DNA from: Paramecium tetraurelia
Taxonomy: Eukaryota
Direction of reading: 5' to 3'
DNA length: 64,000 bases
Assembly (NCBI GenBank): GCA_000165425.1
Contig: CT868019.1
Coordinates: 434,001 to 498,000 of the forward strand
Part shown: one piece after another, positions 59,262 through 64,000 of the stretch
Layout of the letters: each line of letters opens with the position of its first letter
Numbering within the stretch: position 1 is the first letter of the stretch
Program-made: the position numbers and the translations under genes
Notes under the pieces: model-generated
The model's database searches: none
Seen by the model: the letters and a program-made list of their open reading frames with translations, nothing else
What the model was told of the DNA's origin: nothing

Positions 59262-61401
59262 ATGTTAATTATACTAATATATACAATAGCTCATTGCTTT
59301 TAAGCTGACAACACATATGTCACTCATGTATTTGACAAAGCCATCGAAAACAATTACACAAGGTACCCTGAACTCTTTGCAGTTCAAAATATTTATGATT
59401 CAGTCTCTAAATAAATAACTCTAAAAAGTAAACTATTATTCTAATTCTCAGACGGCAGAAAAGTCCTCTGTTAAATCCCCATACCCCAGATAACTTAGCC
59501 ATTTCAGCTCGACAAATTGACAATCGTAAGAAACCTCACCGATGAGGAAGTCAACCATATACTTTTTCCATTAGAAGATTAATGTGTGCAACATTATACC
59601 AAAGAATTCGTCTATGAGTATTGCTTCAAAAAATACATCCGTCAATTTGACGATCTGAATACCATGCTCAACATGAGAAAACAAGTACTTCATTTTTTTA
59701 CTAAAATAGTATAAAGAGGACTTCAGTCTTGGTATTTCCAAATCCTACCTTAGAGCTACTGATGAAACTAATGGTATTCATTAACCTGATCATGCCCTTT
59801 ACACACTTGATACTCATTACCATCAAATTATCAATTAAGTTGATTAATTGATCATCATTTCTGAATGCATTGCTAAATTGAGAAATTACACCAAAATTTT
59901 GTTAAAAAACTATGGATACAACCTAACTGTTAACACAATCACAGCAACTTATCATTTTGAAATTGCTCTTGTTATTCACAGTCAATTATTGTTGCTAAAA
60001 CAGTGTGCAGATCAAACCATAATTTCTGATTCCTTTGAATTTTAACCATTCGATGAAATTCAAGAGAGGATCCTACCCAATCAATATTACTAATATAAAA
60101 ACATCATATTTGGCATGAATCTCAGAGCCTAAGAAATGTTCCATCCCCAACAAAGTCTAGGTGTTGTCTTTACTGAGCATGTCCATATAGTTCAAGTTGA
60201 AAAAATTATAGATTTCTGTGCCATTCTTGTGTCTGGCAATTCCTTTAGAAAAAAACCAAAACCCATCTTCCAAATTAAGAACTTGATTTTGATGGATACC
60301 AATGCTGTCTATGTGGAAATGAAGAGACCTGTTTAGATTATTGAGAACATACTATTTTTCGAATGGGTAGATTAAATGGATATCAATGATTATGTAACTA
60401 TTTTTGAGAACTCAACTTCAGTTTTCAGTTATGTCGAAACCTTTAAAATAGTAGGGTATCAAAATGGCATGGCTACTTTGGATAAGTAACTAACAAAAGG
60501 TCTCAAGTATTCGGGCAAAGCCTTCATTAAAAGGAATGGCCAATTCAACTATGCTGAAAACATCACTCTCTTTTAATAGAACAACTCTGAGAGTACAGAC
60601 GAAGAATACTTGGATTTCTATAAAATTGAACATGATCAAATCCAACTCTACTTGTTTAATAACTCTTAATAAGGGATAAAGATCAAATAGGAATATCAAA
60701 ATTTCAATGGGATCACTTTTCATGTCAGTCCTTTAAAATCAGCTCAGGCTCCATCTTTATTTATTGACATCATAAGTCAAATGTATGAAGAGACACATAT
60801 ATCCTTTCTTACAGTTCCTTAACACACCATTTTTATCAAAAGCAAAAGCAGACCTTATAAATAAATGGAACCGAGATACATGAACAGTTCTATCATGAAC
60901 GAACAATATTGGATTATCATTGATACTCATACTGATAAATTATATATTGGAAATGAATATGAAATTGATCTGGTCAATAGAATGGTCGAATTTCAATTAC
61001 TGAGAATCAGAAACACAACTTCGCCAATCATTTTCGATTTCACCAAAAAATCAAATGAAGTTAAGGTACTGGATATTATGCTTTTACCTTTAAAAAACTT
61101 TCAGATTTTTCAAAGCAATTTCTTGAATGGCACCTACCATCCTCTAAATTACACTGGATAAGGATAAGGCCAATATTTTGAAAGCTATGATCAGGGAAGT
61201 TATTGCAAACCAATCAACTCGACTCGAAAGAGCATTGTGTAATTACGGTGTTACCCAGGAGACTTAATGAGGTTTCTATCGATATATGAGGAGGAAATTT
61301 GCCAGTATAAAATTAATATAGGCACATATCTCCTATGCGAGAATAATTAAGACATCGTAGAGCCTTCTGAATAACATATTATGTGTATATTAAATTAATG
61401 A
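59262..61401 (+). CDS. OS-9/Yos9-like ER lectin (MRH/PRKCSH domain) with large internal insertion
   Basis: Signal peptide; NGRKVLCQIP; LFPLEDQCVQHYTKEFVYEYCFKKYIRQF; distal YDQGSYCKPINSTRKSIVQLRC..SIYEEEICQYKINIGTYLLC. Confidence 0.7.
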
Positions 61402-61495
61402 TTTATAAATTGAAATTTAAAGAATATCGGAAATTCTAACTCAATTTAAAAAGGAATTTAGGATTAATTCTAAAATTAATAATATTTTACCCAAA

Positions 61496-63062
61496 ATGAT
61501 TGAAATCCCCAGAGATTACGAACAATTAAATTCATAATAGAGACTAGAGATATTGCAATTTTATGTACCTCCATTTTTGTATAAAACTAGTTCGAAACTA
61601 TTGTTTCAGAATATACATCGTTTAACCACTCTTAATTTATATATCCTCTTTATCAAACGTTTTAAGTCTAATTAAACCAACAAATGAGATCATTATCAAA
61701 TTAAGATGAAGTACTTTCTCTATCTATTTAGGTTTATGAATCATTTAAAAATCTTTAGAAAAAAGCCACGGAAGATTCCACAATCCAAGAGATGTTATTC
61801 GAATATGATGAATGTATTCCCTAAATTAAACTATCTTAGTCATTCATCCCATTAAAATCCAAGCTCTACCTAAATTAATAAAATAAAAATAAACAAAACC
61901 AAAAAGTGACAAAAAAGCAGCCAGTTGCATCCTAGACGAATAACCAATCAAGCATGAATTCATAATGACCGGCTCCTAATCCATGATGGTTAATTAAAAT
62001 AGGGACAGAGTCCGTAGTATATCCGAATTAGATGATGACTTAAAATTAAATGTGATTAGAGAGTTCGATGAGAAGAGTTACATTTCTTAAATTAATTTTG
62101 AAAGAAGTCCTCAAAGTGATTTGAAATCTGTCATTGAACAAAGAATGGAACAGTCCCAAAACCATTATTTCAATGAGGCTCAATTGGATGACGTAACTAT
62201 ACTCCTTAATTTTAGGCATACTATGTAATTCAATAGGCTAAGGCTGAGATTTAGAACAATCAACAATTAGAAGTTTGGTTCTAAGAAGTCTATGGAGATT
62301 TCATTGATATGATACAAGACAAATATGTCACCATGTAGCATAATCTCAATGAGTTAGATTCAGATGGATGGGTCATTGAAAAAAACACTAAATAATTAGT
62401 AATCAAATATAAAATTGACTCCAAAAATTCAACAGTAACTCTTTTTATGGATTCAGTCTTCGAAGCCAACATCACTAAATTAATGGCTTTAATCAATGAA
62501 ATTGAACTCTATCAAAATTATGTACCTTTTTGTGTCAGATCATCCATGCCTAAAAGGATCGGAAAATGTTGCAAGATTTGTGATATTCAAGTCTACTTTC
62601 CCTTGATCTCAGATAGGAAAGCTGTCTTTGTTGGAGAAGGCATCGATAGACTCAACATTAACGGAACCATTGTTTTTTTATGTAAATCTGTTGATAATAA
62701 TCCTGAATTTCTTAAATTACATAATGTAGATTTATCAAAGGATAAAGGAAAGTTTGTAAACTTGATACTTAATTATTATGTTTTTGAACTCACACCACTT
62801 AGTGATAATAAATGTAGAGTAAGGGCTGTTACTAATTCAGATCCTTAATGTAGATACGTTCCAAAAGCCTTGGTAGCACTTGTAGCTAGAAAAGTAATTA
62901 TAATGTATATCTTAGATGGCAAGCACCTTGTTTGAAAAAATGTAAAAGATTACCTAGAATTTCGCCAAAAGCCCCTGGTATCCAAAATATCTTGAAAATT
63001 AAGAATTTTATAATTGGATTGACAATAAAGTAACCAACCACTTTTCTAAACAATAAAATTGA
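61496..63062 (+). CDS. START/SRPBCC lipid-binding domain protein
   Basis: Frame joined by 23-26 nt introns; START-like GWVIEK..LINEIELYQNYVPFC..FPLISDR..ELTPLSDNKCRVRAVTNSDPQCRYVPKALV. Confidence 0.8.
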
Positions 63063-63234
63063 TTAATTCTCTTTATTTATATAATAATTATTAATTATTT
63101 TGTAATTTTATTAAGATTGTGATTTGGTAATTCATCTATTCCTTAAGGATCTAAGAATTGATATTATTATTATTAAAAAATAATCAAAATATGATATGAT
63201 ATGATGAAACTCTTTTATTCAACATAAATTATCA

Positions 63235-63350
63235 AAGCTAGATATTAAAATATTAACTGCCCCTCTTAGAAACGGATACAAATCTCCAGAAAACAAGAAA
63301 TAAAGACCATTGTCCTAAAGAATTCAGAACATTTATTTAAAAAATATAAG
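63235..63350 (+). pseudogene. Truncated remnant of the 3' end of the 14132-14710 gene
   Basis: ctgcccctctt..gatacaaatctccagaaaacaagaaataaaga..agaac matches the reverse complement of ~14165-14260; the 5' part is absent. Confidence 0.75.
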
Positions 63351-63459
63351 TGAAAATTAAATTTATTTAATTCAATTTCAATTTAATGTTGTTCTAAAAT
63401 TTTAGAAAAAAGTAGGAATTTGAGATCATAATTAATTTTTGAATAACTTAAAATATTTA

Positions 63460-64000
63460 TCAAATTAAAGTGTCTACTTTAGTTTTATTTCTTTTGTAAC
63501 AGTAGTATCCTGTTCCCAATATTAGACAGCCTCCCAATATACCCAAAGTAACCCAAACTCCTGTATGGCCACTAGTAGTAGTATTATCGTGATCGTCATC
63601 ATTACCACCAGGGCCTCTAATAGTTATGGGTATTGAATCCATTGAGAAATCGTTTCTAACTACAATATTGCCCATTGATATATCAAATTTTCCGTCAAGC
63701 AATAGTTTTGGAGATGGATTAATCTTATACAAAGATAATTATTCAATATGTTCTGAATTGGTAATGTAATACAACTAATTATAAATATATAATAGTACTT
63801 AGTTTTCGTATGAGTACAATTCCTGTTAAACCTAATACGATCCAAAATAGAATGTTGGTTTTAAGGCTGCAAAAAAGGTTACTGCTGAATTGGTAGATTA
63901 AACCTTAGGTAATTAATAGATTGCCTAGACCAATCTCATTTAGGCAGAATCTGTGTATGAAACTTATATGAAATTATTAACAATTCTAACTGTTGAGAAT
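63460..64000 (-). CDS. 3' end of a paralog of the 9817-14004 type I membrane protein (runs off window end)
   Basis: YKINPSPKLLLDGKFD..GPGGNDDDHDNTTTSGHTGVWVTLGILGGCLILGTGYYCYKRNKTKVDTLI*, nearly identical to 13730-14004. Confidence 0.9.

Noticed and set aside
61960..61970. Apparent second ATGA stop/start overlap splitting the START gene in two
   Set aside because: A canonical 26-nt GTA..TAG intron at ~61814-61839 shifts the frame and gives one continuous protein.

Overview
AT-rich, very gene-dense eukaryotic DNA from a ciliate, most consistent with Paramecium macronuclear sequence. The evidence: TAA/TAG read as Gln, TGA is the only stop, introns are tiny (about 21-30 nt GT..AG) and intergenic spacers are often under 50 bp. 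The supplied standard-code ORF track is therefore fragmented, and many of its ORFs are antisense shadows; I re-translated genes by hand with code 6. About 35 protein genes are supported, including Vps23/TSG101, CFAP100-like, UBX, GRAM-VASt, Cdc6, MPST, alveolin/articulin, CLK kinase, aquaporin, three tandem CDPKs, a mitochondrial carrier, nucleoredoxin, V-ATPase e, a CNBD K+ channel and a START protein. Most notable: (1) a 7TM GPCR fused to an apparently dead PIP-kinase domain; (2) an intron-containing, bacterial-type D-Ala-D-Ala carboxypeptidase with intact motifs; (3) an OS-9-like lectin whose MRH domain appears split by a large insert; (4) a PNUTS-like PP1 regulator; (5) a CDPK-like pseudokinase; (6) an inverted duplication linking ~13.5-14.3 kb with ~63.2-64 kb; (7) abutting or overlapping gene starts. 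There is one 150-N assembly gap. I saw no rRNA, tRNA, CRISPR array or transposase. Exon boundaries are manual and approximate, and family calls rest on recalled motifs, not database searches.
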